DNA of 64,000 nucleotides from Planctomycetota bacterium (GCA_965223545.1 OZ245006.1:2080001-2144000), one strand, 5' to 3'; positions 27,801 to 37,732 are shown, counted from the stretch's first letter. Numbers and translations are program-made. The notes: generated by a model not told the origin, from the letters alone.

Positions 27801-28592
27801 TCAGGCGCCGGGGCTCTCCAGCTGGTACTTGGCGATGTAGTTGACCGCCAAGAATCCGAACATCGACGGGGCCAGCTTGCCGAGGAACTCGGAGCCACGC
27901 GTATACAAGCCCGGTAGACGACCGCGCAGCCGCCGCGGCAGGCAGTGGAAGTTGTTGTAGCTGCCCGACACCAAGTGGAACCCGTGGCGGCGCATCAGCG
28001 CGTCGAGCTCACTCTTGGAGTACTTCTTGTCCACCCAGTCGGGCGGCAGACCCATCGGGTTGCCGGCGGCGGGCTTGCCGCGGATGGCCCGCTTGAGCGG
28101 ACCGACGACCTTGCGGCCCAGGTTGCCGAACAGCTCCCACTTGAACGACTGCATGACGAGCGTTCCGCCGGGCTTCATCACTCGCCGAATCTCTTCCATC
28201 GGTTGCGTCGGGTCTTCGAAGTACTCGATGTAGCCCAACGCCATCACCAGATCGAACGAGCGGTCGGCAAACGGCAGCTGATGGCCCATCCCGACCAAGC
28301 ACAGATGTTGCTCGCCCTGACCGCCGACGCGGTCGACGGCTTGGCGGATCATCTCGGGAGCGAAGTCGATGCCGAAGAACTGACCGTCGTGGTCGAGAAC
28401 GATCGGCGCGTAGTCGCCGGTACCACAGCCGACATCGAGCGCTCGCTCGAACCGACCGTCGGGTTCCAAGAGCTTGCGCACCGTCTGCCGGCGCGTGAAG
28501 AAATTGTAGGTCTTCGCGGTCTGGGCGCCGTCGTAGTAGCCAGCCCATGTGCCGGTGCCGGCCTGCTGGTCCCAGAACTTCTGCATATCCAT
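27801..28592 (-). CDS. class I SAM-dependent methyltransferase
   Basis: ALDVGCGTG, GIDFAPEMI, LPFADRSFDLV, RVMKPGG. Confidence 0.92.
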   Translation of the reverse strand: MDMQKFWDQQAGTGTWAGYYDGAQTAKTYNFFTRRQTVRKLLEPDGRFERALDVGCGTGDYAPIVLDHDGQFFGIDFAPEMIRQAVDRVGGQGEQHLCLVGMGHQLPFADRSFDLVMALGYIEYFEDPTQPMEEIRRVMKPGGTLVMQSFKWELFGNLGRKVVGPLKRAIRGKPAAGNPMGLPPDWVDKKYSKSELDALMRRHGFHLVSGSYNNFHCLPRRLRGRLPGLYTRGSEFLGKLAPSMFGFLAVNYIAKYQLESPGA

Positions 28593-28599
28593 CGGTCGA

Positions 28600-29652
28600 C
28601 TATCCCGTCTTCAATTTGGCGCGGGCACGCCGCGCGACATCCATCATTTCGTGCACCGGACCCCGCACCTGGTCGGCGAACCAGTGCACGGGCCGGCGGA
28701 ACACACCATAGCGCTTGAGCACGCGCTCACCGCGGCGAGCGACGCCGACGTCGGACGTCAGCACGCTCGTGTAACCGGCGGCGTACGCCTCATCCACCAT
28801 CTCCTGATCCCACGCGCCGCCCGGCACGCAGAACGACACGCAGGGTCGGCCGAGCACTTCCTCGAGCCGCCGCTTGGACTCGCGCAGCTCGTAGCGCTTG
28901 GTCTCGGTCCGTGCTCGCGACAACAGGTAGTGGTTCACCGAGTGCGACGCGATCTCGACCAGCGGATGCTCGGCCGCCCGGCGCAACTGGCTCGCGGTCA
29001 TCGGCCGGTAGTCGGCCTGCGCGAACAGCTCTTCCGTCGTCGGCTCCGCGCCGACGCGCCGAGCAAACTCATCGATAAAGGCGCCGCGCTCTTCTTGGCT
29101 GCAGCGCACGCACTCGTACATGACCCAGTCGTAGAGCTCGCGGCGACCGGCAGCCGACGCGGGGTCGAAGCGCCGCTCGCCATCGGTGAGTGCGAGCGTC
29201 AGCGGTCGAGTGCAGCGCTGCACCAGCCACTCGACGACGTCGTTGTACAGCGGGTTGCGGTCGAGCACGAAACCGGTGGTGATGGCGAACGTCGCCGGCA
29301 ACTGCAGCCGTTCCAGCTCGGGCAAGGCGTTGGCGACGTTGTTCTCGTAGCCGTCGTCGAAGGTCAACACGACGTTGGTGCGCCGCCGCGACAGGCCTTC
29401 ACCAGCGACGAACGAGCGCAGGGACAGCACGTTGCAGTGGCGGGCCAGGTACTCGAGCTGGGTGCGGAACTCGCGCAGCGGAACGTTGTAGCCGTAGAGG
29501 TTCTCGACGCCGTCGAACTGCTCGCGCTGCGGCACCCCGTGGTACATCAGGATCTTGGTGCGTCCACCGCGCAGCAGGTCCCAGACGAACGGGCCCCCGC
29601 AGCGGTGCGACCAGCGCAGCATCGTCTGCACGGTTCGCCCTCCGGCACTCAT
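28600..29652 (-). CDS. polysaccharide deacetylase family protein
   Basis: ILMYHGV, LTFDDGY, ATFAITTG, IASHSVNH, SFCVPGG. Confidence 0.9.
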   Translation of the reverse strand: MSAGGRTVQTMLRWSHRCGGPFVWDLLRGGRTKILMYHGVPQREQFDGVENLYGYNVPLREFRTQLEYLARHCNVLSLRSFVAGEGLSRRRTNVVLTFDDGYENNVANALPELERLQLPATFAITTGFVLDRNPLYNDVVEWLVQRCTRPLTLALTDGERRFDPASAAGRRELYDWVMYECVRCSQEERGAFIDEFARRVGAEPTTEELFAQADYRPMTASQLRRAAEHPLVEIASHSVNHYLLSRARTETKRYELRESKRRLEEVLGRPCVSFCVPGGAWDQEMVDEAYAAGYTSVLTSDVGVARRGERVLKRYGVFRRPVHWFADQVRGPVHEMMDVARRARAKLKTG

Positions 29653-29656
29653 CGAG

Positions 29657-29857
29657 TCAGTCGCCGCCCGCGTCCGCGGCGGACTCGCCGGACAGCGGCT
29701 GCGCCTCGTCGATCAGGAAGTTCGGAATCGAGTCCTCGACCGCGTACGCGAGACGGCAGGCACGGCACTCGAACGCGCTCTCGTCCGCGCGCAGGTGAAG
29801 CGCCCCGTGACACTTGGGGCAAGCGAGGATGTCGATGACTTCGGGTCGGAGTGGCAT
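29657..29857 (-). CDS. Trm112 family protein (YcaR-like)
   Basis: IDILACPKCHGAL...CRACRLAYAVEDSIPNFLIDEA; GGAG RBS. Confidence 0.9.
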   Translation of the reverse strand: MPLRPEVIDILACPKCHGALHLRADESAFECRACRLAYAVEDSIPNFLIDEAQPLSGESAADAGGD

Positions 29858-30045
29858 GGTTGGGCTCCCTTGTATGCTACCCCGACCACCGGCGCCAAGC
29901 CTGGGCCGACGCGAAGGTGCGCTGGCACCGCCCCGACGGGCGGGCGGCGCGAGCGAGGGCCAGCCAGCGGCGCAGTACCGCACGGGCCCCGTCGAAACGA
30001 CCTGCTAGACTGCCCTCAGTGCGGGGCCAAGGCGCGCCGCGCGCC

Positions 30046-30073
30046 TTGACACCATGCCACACACCGTCAGAAT
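30046..30073 (+). promoter_or_regulatory. candidate sigma70 promoter for the epimerase operon
   Basis: TTGACA (30046-30051) - 16 nt - CAGAAT (30068-30073), 27 nt before ATG 30101. Confidence 0.5.
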
Positions 30074-30100
30074 CGCCCGCCCTGCTGGCCCGGGCCCCTC

Positions 30101-31309
30101 ATGCTGAACCTAGAAGGCAAGCGCGTTCTCGTCACCGGTGGCAGCGGGTTCATCGGCAGCCGGCTGGTCGAGCATCTCGTCCGGCAGCACGGCGCCACGG
30201 TCCGCGTGCCCGTCCGCCAGTACGCCAAAGCGGCGCGCGCAGCGCGGTTTCCGGTCGAGCTGCTGCGCCTGGATCTGCTCGACGACACCGCCGTCGACGC
30301 CGCCGTCGAGGGCTGCACGGCGGTGATCCACTGCGCCTATGGCAACGACGGCGACGAGGAGAAGATGCGCCGCGTCACCGTCGACGGCACCCGCGCGATC
30401 CTCGATGCCGCGCGGCGGCACGGTGTGCAGCGGGTCGTGCACGTCAGCACGATCAACGTCTACGGCGAAACCCCGGACGGGCCTCTCGACGAGACCGCGC
30501 GCCGGCGCTACTTCGGCGACGTCTACTCCGACTCCAAGCTCGACGCCGAGAACCTGGCGATGGAGTACGCGGCGAGTGGCGACCCGGTCACGGTCGTCCA
30601 GCCGACCGTGGTCTACGGCCCGTTCGCTTTGGCGTGGACGGTCCGCATCCTCAACGAGATGACGAGCGGTCGCATCCCCCTGATCAACGGAGGGGACGGC
30701 CTGTGCAACGCCGTCTACATCGACGATCTGGTCGACGGCATGCTGCGCGCCGCGACGCGGCCGGAGGCGATCGGCGAGTGTTTCTTGTTGTCCGGCGGCG
30801 AGCCGGTGCCGTGGCACGAGTTCTACGGGCGCTACGAGGGCATGCTCGGCCGCAGCGCGACCGTGCCGATGTCGGCCGCCGAAGCCATCGCCGACTACGA
30901 GGAGCGCTTCGTCAAGAAGAAGCGACGCAGCGTAGTGCGTGAGGCGATGAGCATCCTGCGCCACGAGCAGCGCGTGCGGCAGCGCGTGCTCAGCTCGATC
31001 GAAGGCCGCGTGTTCTGCCGCGCGGCCCGCATGGTGCTGCCCTCGGGTGTGCGCCGATCGATCCAACGCCAGGTGGCGAAGCAGAACGGAGCGGTGCCCG
31101 CGCCGGCGGCCGTGGCCACCGCGACCGCCGTCGAGCCGGAGGCGCCGATCCACGCGATGAGCCCGTCGGCAGTGCGCTATCAGGCGAGCAAGACCCACGT
31201 GAGCATCGACAAAGCCCGCCGGCTGCTCGACTACGAGCCGGCGTTCGACCTCGATCAAGGCATGCAGAGGACCGAGCAATGGGCGAGGTGGGCCGGCCTG
31301 CTGAGCTGA
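30101..31309 (+). CDS. NAD-dependent epimerase/dehydratase
   Basis: VTGGSGFIGS, HVST, YSDSK (YxxxK), PTVVYGP, YIDDL. Confidence 0.92.
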   Translation: MLNLEGKRVLVTGGSGFIGSRLVEHLVRQHGATVRVPVRQYAKAARAARFPVELLRLDLLDDTAVDAAVEGCTAVIHCAYGNDGDEEKMRRVTVDGTRAILDAARRHGVQRVVHVSTINVYGETPDGPLDETARRRYFGDVYSDSKLDAENLAMEYAASGDPVTVVQPTVVYGPFALAWTVRILNEMTSGRIPLINGGDGLCNAVYIDDLVDGMLRAATRPEAIGECFLLSGGEPVPWHEFYGRYEGMLGRSATVPMSAAEAIADYEERFVKKKRRSVVREAMSILRHEQRVRQRVLSSIEGRVFCRAARMVLPSGVRRSIQRQVAKQNGAVPAPAAVATATAVEPEAPIHAMSPSAVRYQASKTHVSIDKARRLLDYEPAFDLDQGMQRTEQWARWAGLLS

Positions 31310-33198
31310 GCGGCGGCGACGGTGCGGCCACCGCGGCACCGCCGGTGGTCGGGATCGCGATTCCCTGCTACAACCACGCACACTACCTCGAGGAGTGTCT
31401 GCGCAGTCTCGTGGCACAGACCTACGAGCACTGGGAGGCGCTGGTCATCGACGACTGCTCGCCGGATGCCGATCAGATCCAACCGGTGTTGGACGCGGTC
31501 GGCGACCCCCGCATTCGAGTCGTCCGGCACGAACGCAACCGCGGGTTGGCGGCATCGCGCAACACCGGCTTTCGCGACAGCGGCCGGGACGTGCTGCTGG
31601 CGATCGATGCCGACGACAAGTTCGCTCCCCGCTGCCTCGAGCTGCTGGTGACCGCACTGCTCGCCGATCCCGACCTCGACTGCGTCTACCCCGACTTCCA
31701 GCTGTTCGGCCGGCGCAACGACGTGCAGGTGTTTTCCGGACCGCCACCGGAGCACGGCCGCGTGCTGCACACCGACCACACGATCCCGGGCGCCGGCACG
31801 ATGATGCGGCGCGGGCTGTGGGAGCGGCTCGGCGGCTACGACGAAGATGACGAGCTGCGCCGCGGCCGCGAGGACTTCGAGTTCTGGATCCGCGCGTTCG
31901 CAAAGGGTTGCAGAGCGAAGCGCGTCCCCGAACCGCTCTACCACTACCGCATCTCGCACTCGTCGATGACCTTCGCGTGCCGCCTCGAGGACCACCTCAT
32001 CGGCGATTACATCGACAAGAAGAACCGCGCGCTGTTCGCCGATTCCCGCGAGGCAGACCGGCTGCTGAGCATGTTCTACCACCGCGCCGCCTACTCCAAC
32101 TACGAGGACCACGAGCGCGGCAAGGCACTGCGCCTGGCATGGCGGGCGTGGCGACTCCACCCCGGCCTCAAGCAGCGGCGGACGTTGGCCAAGGCCCTGG
32201 TGCCCCTCAGCCTGCACCGCGCCTACCGGCGCGGCGAGGTGCGCCGGTGGGTGCCGTTCCTCGGCTATCCGCTGCACAGTGCGCGCCGGCACCGCCCGTT
32301 CTTCGTCATCGGTGTGGCCCGCTCGGGCAACACTCTGTTCCGCCGGATCCTGACATCCCACTCGGGCTTGCACATCCCGCCCGAGACGTTCGCGATGGGC
32401 CAGTGCATCCGCAAATGGCAGCGCTACAGCAGCAAGCTCGCCTGGCCCGACCTGGTCCACCTGACGCTGGCCGAGTACGAGCTGCATCCCGAGTTCCACA
32501 CGATGGAGACGTGGCTCGGGCCGTTGGCGGACCGGCTGACGAACTGCGATCCCAGCCTGCGCAACCTCGCCCACGTGCTCAACTCGATCTACCAGTTCCA
32601 CGCCGAGGAGCACGGCGTGCGCTTCGAGCGATGGGGCGACAAGACTCCGTTCTACTCGCTCGACGACACGATGGTGGAGAACGACAAGCCGAGGCGGCTG
32701 GGCCACGGCACTCCACAGACGTTGGAGCGCATCCGAAGAGTCTTCCCCGACGCGCAGTTCCTGCACATCTACCGCGACGGCTGTGACGTCGCCTACTCGT
32801 TCCTGCGCGGCAACTTCGTCTCGCGCCCCACCGAGGCCGCCTGGCGCTGGACGCACACCGTCGGCCAAACCCTCAACTTCGTGCGCAAGTACCCGCAAGC
32901 GTGCCACGAGCTCCGCTACGAGGACCTGGTGGCGGACTCGGAAACGACGATCCGCGGGGTCTGCGAGTTCCTCGGCGTCGAGTTCGAGCCGGCGATGCTG
33001 CACTCCGAAGGCACGGCGGCCAAGCTCGGTGACGTGCCCGAGTGGAGCTGGCATCGGCAGGTGACCAAGCCGATCAACGCCCGCAACCCGGGCAAGGGCC
33101 GCGCCTACTTCTCCGAGCATCAAAAGCGCGCACTGCAGGAGATCATGGGCGCCCAGCTCGAGGCTCTCGGCTACCGCCCCTGCACGGACACCCCGTAG
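31279..33198 (+). CDS. GT2 glycosyltransferase - sulfotransferase fusion
   Basis: IPCYN..IDDCSPD..NRGLAASRN..DADD..EDFEFW; then FVIGVARSGNTL, WGDKTP, IYRDGCDVAYS, LRYEDLV; start uncertain. Confidence 0.9.
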   Translation: MGEVGRPAELSGGDGAATAAPPVVGIAIPCYNHAHYLEECLRSLVAQTYEHWEALVIDDCSPDADQIQPVLDAVGDPRIRVVRHERNRGLAASRNTGFRDSGRDVLLAIDADDKFAPRCLELLVTALLADPDLDCVYPDFQLFGRRNDVQVFSGPPPEHGRVLHTDHTIPGAGTMMRRGLWERLGGYDEDDELRRGREDFEFWIRAFAKGCRAKRVPEPLYHYRISHSSMTFACRLEDHLIGDYIDKKNRALFADSREADRLLSMFYHRAAYSNYEDHERGKALRLAWRAWRLHPGLKQRRTLAKALVPLSLHRAYRRGEVRRWVPFLGYPLHSARRHRPFFVIGVARSGNTLFRRILTSHSGLHIPPETFAMGQCIRKWQRYSSKLAWPDLVHLTLAEYELHPEFHTMETWLGPLADRLTNCDPSLRNLAHVLNSIYQFHAEEHGVRFERWGDKTPFYSLDDTMVENDKPRRLGHGTPQTLERIRRVFPDAQFLHIYRDGCDVAYSFLRGNFVSRPTEAAWRWTHTVGQTLNFVRKYPQACHELRYEDLVADSETTIRGVCEFLGVEFEPAMLHSEGTAAKLGDVPEWSWHRQVTKPINARNPGKGRAYFSEHQKRALQEIMGAQLEALGYRPCTDTP

Positions 33199-33210
33199 CC
33201 AAGGCAGCCC

Positions 33211-34347
33211 ATGCGAGTGGTCGTGGTCGGCGCGGGAGTGTTCGGCCTCAGCGGAGCCATCGCCCTGGCGGAGCGCGGCCACCAAGTGCGGGTGCTGAGC
33301 GCCGGCGCGCTCGACGACGCCGATCACGCGTCGTCCGACAGCAGTCGGGCGGCCCGCGCCGACTACGGCGATGACGCGTTCTACACCGATCTGGCGCTGC
33401 GCGCTCTGCGCGCATGGCCGCGGTGGGGATCGGTCTTCCACCGCAGTGGCTTCCTGTTCGCCACGCAGGCCGCGCTCGAGGACAGCCCGTTCGAGTGGCG
33501 CTCGTTCTGCCAGCTGCGCGGGCGCGGGGCGCCGGTGCAACGCCTGCGCGGCGAGGCGCTGTCGCGCCGCTTCCCGCTGTGGCGCGACGCCGGCTTCGCC
33601 GACGGCTACCTGAGCCAGGCCGCGGGCTGGATCGACGCCGACGCGGTGCTGGCCTCGCTGCGCGCGCGGGCGCGCGCGGCGAGGGTAGAGCTCTGTCCCC
33701 ACACCCTCATCCGCGCCATCGAGCCCGCCGCCGCGCGGATCGCGCTGCGCGGCCCGAGCACGCACCTGTCCGCGGACCACGTCGTGCTCGCCACCGGCGC
33801 GTGGACCCCGTCGCTGTGGCCCGAGCTGGCCGATCGGCTGCGGGCCACGGCGCAGCCCGTGCTCTACCTGCGGCCCGAACAGCCGGAGCGTTTCGCGGCC
33901 GCGGTGTTCCCGCCATTCGGCGCCGACCTCGCCCGCAGCGGCTGGTACGGCTTCAGCGCCACTGCCTCCGGCTTGGTCAAGATCGCCAACCACGGCCCGG
34001 GCGCGGCGCTGGGACCAGAGGACCCGCGCGACGTGCCCGCGGCCTTCGAGGCGGAAGTGCGCGCCTTTCTGGCACGAAGGCTGCCCGCGCTGCGCGATGC
34101 GCCGTGCGCCCGCGCGCGCGTCTGCTTCTACACCGACTCGTTCGACGGCGATTTCTGGATCACTCGCCACCCGGAGCACGCGCGGCTGTCGTTCGCCACC
34201 GGCGGCAGCGGCCACGGCTTCAAGTTCACCCCGCTCCTCGGCTCGATCATCGCGGACGTCGTCGAAGGCCGCGCCAACCCGGCCGCCGCCCGCTTCGCAT
34301 GGCGGCCCCCCGGCCCGTGGCGGACCGAAGAAGCCCGCCGCGACTGA
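33211..34347 (+). CDS. FAD-dependent oxidoreductase (sarcosine/fructosyl-amino-acid oxidase-like)
   Basis: VVGAGVFG, ASSDSSR, ATGAW, CFYTDSFDGDF, GGSGHGFKF. Confidence 0.88.
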   Translation: MRVVVVGAGVFGLSGAIALAERGHQVRVLSAGALDDADHASSDSSRAARADYGDDAFYTDLALRALRAWPRWGSVFHRSGFLFATQAALEDSPFEWRSFCQLRGRGAPVQRLRGEALSRRFPLWRDAGFADGYLSQAAGWIDADAVLASLRARARAARVELCPHTLIRAIEPAAARIALRGPSTHLSADHVVLATGAWTPSLWPELADRLRATAQPVLYLRPEQPERFAAAVFPPFGADLARSGWYGFSATASGLVKIANHGPGAALGPEDPRDVPAAFEAEVRAFLARRLPALRDAPCARARVCFYTDSFDGDFWITRHPEHARLSFATGGSGHGFKFTPLLGSIIADVVEGRANPAAARFAWRPPGPWRTEEARRD

Positions 34348-34372
34348 AGCGGGCGGGCCGCGCCACCGCGTC

Positions 34373-36391
34373 TCAGCGCGCGCGAGATCGGCTCGGGCCA
34401 GGCAGCGGCTGGACCTCCCCACTACCGCGCGTCGCCAGCTGCTCGGTGATGCGGCGCATCATCTCGGCGAGCTCGCTGACCTGCGCGCGCAGCTCGATGA
34501 GCTCGGGGTCGGCGCTGCGCACCGACGGCGGCATCGGGGCCGACGGCCCCGCGCTGGGGCCCGCCGGACCACTTGGACCCGTGCCGACGGGGCCCGCGCT
34601 GCCGGGACCGGACGGGCCGAGCCGCGAAGCCCCAGGTAGCGACGGACCGGCGCCACCCGGACCAGACCGCGACGGGCCAGCGGCGACCGGCGCGGTGGGC
34701 ACGGAAGGCTGCCGCGGCGCCAGCCCCGGGGGCGCAACCGCCGGAGGCACGTCCAGGGCAACTCCAGGTGCAGCACCGGGGGCTGGCGGCGAGCGGTCGT
34801 CGAACAAGGAGGCGATCAGCGGGATGCGACCCAGCCCCGGCGGCGCCGATCGGCGGGCGTGTCCGGTCTCCATTTGCCGTCGCAGCTGGCGCAACAGACC
34901 GGCGTCGGCGTCGCGATCGACGCGACGCAGCGCCTCGATGGCCGAGTCCAACGCCTCGAGCATCCGCTCGCGGTCGGCCGACGGTGCTTCGGCGGGCGCC
35001 GGGTCCTGCGCGGGCGCCGGCAATCCAGCCGGCAGGAGATCGGCCTGCCGGTGCCGGAGCACTTCGACTCGAGCGAGGAGATCCGCGGCCTCCGCGTGCC
35101 TGCCCGTGTCATGCGCTTCGCGTGCGCCCGCGAGCAACAAGTCGACGTCCCCCTGCAAGCCCGCGTGCATGCGCTCGGCGAGCGGCGGGAGCGCCAACTC
35201 CGGTGGACGTGGATCGCGCGCCGCGGCGACCGCCGCCAACAGCGCGGCCCGCTCCGCTTCGAGAGCGGCGCGCTCGTCCTGCAGCACGCGCACGGCCTCC
35301 TCGACCTCGGCCACGGCGGCAGGGTCCTGGGCCAACACCGGCAGAGCCGGCAACACCAACGCCGCCAGCGCACCCACGCCGCCGCGGGCTCGCCAAGTCA
35401 TGGTTCGATCGGTTCGTCCTCGCATGATCATCGTCAACCTGCCTTTCAAGTCGTCTGCCCGACCAACGCCACTGGCGAGGGCCGGAGTCGGGGTCTTCGC
35501 TTTCGAGAGAAACGCGACGGTCTCGACCAACGCATCGGCGTAGGCACGCCCGTCGCTCGGCAACGCCCAGAGCACCCAGGCGTCGCAGCAATGCTCTTCC
35601 GCTTCGCGGAGCCGGCGACACACCGGCCCGACCAACGGGAACCACCAGTAGCCGGCTCGCACCGCCAACTCCAACCAGCGCACGCGGTGATCGCCGCGCC
35701 GCAGGTGCGCGAGCTCGTGGGCGAGCACCGCGTGCAGCTGCGCTGTCGACATGCTGGCGCTCAGAGCGGACGGCAGCACGATCACCGGCCGCACGAAGGG
35801 CGGCGCGTAGGCCATCGGCGACGCCGCTGCGGGCAGGATGGCCACGCGCGGCGAGCGGCGCATACCGAGCGAGCGCGCCAGGCGGGCGGTGGCTTCGCGC
35901 AACGCGGCCGGCGCCGGTCGCGCGGACCGCACCGCGCGGTGCAGGGCGACGAAGCTGCCGAGGTCGCGCGCCAACACCACGGCGGCGCCGATTCCCCACA
36001 GCCAAGTGACCCACACCCACCACGGAGTGGCGGGTGCGCTCGACGGCGGTGGCCCGGTCGGTGCCGGGACCGCGGCCGCCGTCGGGTGCGCCGGCCGCTC
36101 TCCGCGCACCTCAGCGGGCGGCGAGTTGGGCACGAAAGGCATTCGCTCGATCACCGACAGCGCACCGCCCTCGGCCGGCGTCACCGTGGCCGTGGCCGGC
36201 GCAGTGGGCCATGCCGCGACCTCGACGGGCACCGGCACCAAGGGAGGCGTCGCCAACTTGACCAAGACCAACAGCCAAAGCGCATGCGTCAGCGCCGGTC
36301 GCGCACGCCAGCGGGCTGCCAACAGCGCGAGCACGGCGAGGCCGCTGGCGACCAGCGCGTTGCAGGCGAGCACCCACAGAAACGAGATCAT
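34373..36391 (-). CDS. M56 family metallopeptidase (BlaR1/MecR1-like) with Pro/Gly-rich C-terminus
   Basis: HALWLLVLVKL, AVLAHELAHLRRGD, WWFP, EEHCCDAWV, LKGRLTMIM. Confidence 0.9.
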   Translation of the reverse strand: MISFLWVLACNALVASGLAVLALLAARWRARPALTHALWLLVLVKLATPPLVPVPVEVAAWPTAPATATVTPAEGGALSVIERMPFVPNSPPAEVRGERPAHPTAAAVPAPTGPPPSSAPATPWWVWVTWLWGIGAAVVLARDLGSFVALHRAVRSARPAPAALREATARLARSLGMRRSPRVAILPAAASPMAYAPPFVRPVIVLPSALSASMSTAQLHAVLAHELAHLRRGDHRVRWLELAVRAGYWWFPLVGPVCRRLREAEEHCCDAWVLWALPSDGRAYADALVETVAFLSKAKTPTPALASGVGRADDLKGRLTMIMRGRTDRTMTWRARGGVGALAALVLPALPVLAQDPAAVAEVEEAVRVLQDERAALEAERAALLAAVAAARDPRPPELALPPLAERMHAGLQGDVDLLLAGAREAHDTGRHAEAADLLARVEVLRHRQADLLPAGLPAPAQDPAPAEAPSADRERMLEALDSAIEALRRVDRDADAGLLRQLRRQMETGHARRSAPPGLGRIPLIASLFDDRSPPAPGAAPGVALDVPPAVAPPGLAPRQPSVPTAPVAAGPSRSGPGGAGPSLPGASRLGPSGPGSAGPVGTGPSGPAGPSAGPSAPMPPSVRSADPELIELRAQVSELAEMMRRITEQLATRGSGEVQPLPGPSRSRAR

Positions 36392-36798
36392 GGTCGACCT
36401 CCGCGCTCGTCCTCACGTTCGCGGTCGAGCCGCTCGACCAGCGCGCGGAGATCGTCGACATCCGCGCCGGACAGGCCCGCCTGCTCGACCAGCTGACTGA
36501 TCAAGGGCGCGTAGCGGCCGCCGCACAGCTTGTCGGCGACCGTGCGCAGCTGCCGGCCGATCAGCGCGTCGCGATCGACGCTGGCCGCGAACCGCTGTGG
36601 TCGCGCATCGCGGTCGCGGCCGACGAAGCCCTTGGCCAGAAGCCGCTCGCACAGCTTCTGCACGGTGGCGTACTCGGAAGCGCCACCGCCGGGATACAGC
36701 GCGTCGCTCAAACTGCGGATCGAGGCGGGGCCGTGTTGCCACAGTAGCTCGAGGACCGCCAGCTCGGCGTCGGTCACGTCTTTGGGTGTTCTCGCCAT
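36388..36798 (-). CDS. blaI: BlaI/MecI/CopY family transcriptional repressor
   Basis: VTDAELAVLELLW, YATVQKLCERLLAKGFV; ATGA coupling to the M56 gene. Confidence 0.92.
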   Translation of the reverse strand: MARTPKDVTDAELAVLELLWQHGPASIRSLSDALYPGGGASEYATVQKLCERLLAKGFVGRDRDARPQRFAASVDRDALIGRQLRTVADKLCGGRYAPLISQLVEQAGLSGADVDDLRALVERLDREREDERGGRP

Positions 36799-36802
36799 GA
36801 TC

Positions 36803-36875
36803 TAGACAGAATGTCTATTCGGCAGGCTAGACGTTTCGTCTTGAGGAGGCAAGTACTTCATAGACATTTCGTCTT
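36803..36875. promoter_or_regulatory. three palindromic operator-like sites TAGAC-N5-GTCTW upstream of blaI
   Basis: TAGACAGAATGTCTA (36803-36817), TAGACGTTTCGTCTT (36828-36842), TAGACATTTCGTCTT (36861-36875). Confidence 0.8.
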
Positions 36876-36949
36876 TTCAGCGCGTTGCGGGATGCAGGGC
36901 CTCAGGCAAAAACTCCCCCGCGTCCGGCAGGTCTGGGCGTCAGAAGCCC

Positions 36950-37324
36950 TCAGCTGGGCGCCCAACCGGCGAGCGGCGGCCACGCCCCGGCCGCGGGACT
37001 GCCCGCATCACGCCGGCGGTCCTCCGCCAACACCGCGAGACGAAGGGCGCGCAACCGCAGATCGCGCCGCAGCGCGGCCGCGTCCCCCGGATCGGTGCAC
37101 GCGGCGAGCAGACTCCGCAGCGTCACCAGCTCCTTGCGCAGCTCCAGTTCCTCGGGGAGCCAGCCGGTGCTCTTCAGCACGAGGTAGCTCGCGCGCAGGT
37201 CATCCGGCACCGCCGACAGGTCCTCCAGCGCGAGCGGCCGACCGCGCCCCGGCAACTCGTCGAACTCGCCGCGGGCAATGGCCTCGCGGATGCGGGTCTC
37301 GGCCAGCGCGCGGAGGGCGTCCAT
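36950..37324 (-). CDS. DUF1992 (DnaJ-related) domain protein
   Basis: LAETRIREAIARGEFDELPGRGRPL...VLKSTGWLPEELELRKE. Confidence 0.85.
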   Translation of the reverse strand: MDALRALAETRIREAIARGEFDELPGRGRPLALEDLSAVPDDLRASYLVLKSTGWLPEELELRKELVTLRSLLAACTDPGDAAALRRDLRLRALRLAVLAEDRRRDAGSPAAGAWPPLAGWAPS

Positions 37325-37363
37325 GCCGGCATCGTCGGCCGGCAACCGCGCCCGATCAACGCC

Positions 37364-37732
37364 TCACCCACTCACCCAACGCAGCGCGAGCGCGGTCTCG
37401 ATCACTTCGGCTCCCTCGCCACAGGTGCACTGTGGAGTCTCGAGCAGCAGCACGGCGTCGGCGCCGTGCCGGCGCGCCTCGCGCAGCACGCAATCCATGG
37501 CGGACGGGCCGAAATCGCCATCGCGAGCGCGGATGTGCGCGACCTTGACGAAGGGCTTGGACACATCGGCGAGCTCGTGGAACACGGCGATCGGATGGGT
37601 CTCGGGCCGCGCCGAATGCGCGACCTCACCGAGTGCGACGGAGCGCACCGAGGCACAGGCGCCGAGTGAGAGGCAGGCCAAGAGCAGCGCGCCGCGCGGG
37701 CGCGCTGTATCGCGGAGTGGACGTTCGGACAT
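37364..37732 (-). CDS. putative lipoprotein (YbjQ-like C-terminal motif)
   Basis: Lipobox LLLACLSLGAC; LREARRHGADAVLL. Confidence 0.6.
   Translation of the reverse strand: MSERPLRDTARPRGALLLACLSLGACASVRSVALGEVAHSARPETHPIAVFHELADVSKPFVKVAHIRARDGDFGPSAMDCVLREARRHGADAVLLLETPQCTCGEGAEVIETALALRWVSG

Noticed and set aside
31255..34422. 1055-aa minus-strand ORF
   Set aside because: Shadow of the GT2-sulfotransferase and FAD oxidoreductase genes
34373..36798. blaI/blaR1 as a beta-lactam resistance locus
   Set aside because: No beta-lactamase nearby and no penicillin-binding sensor domain
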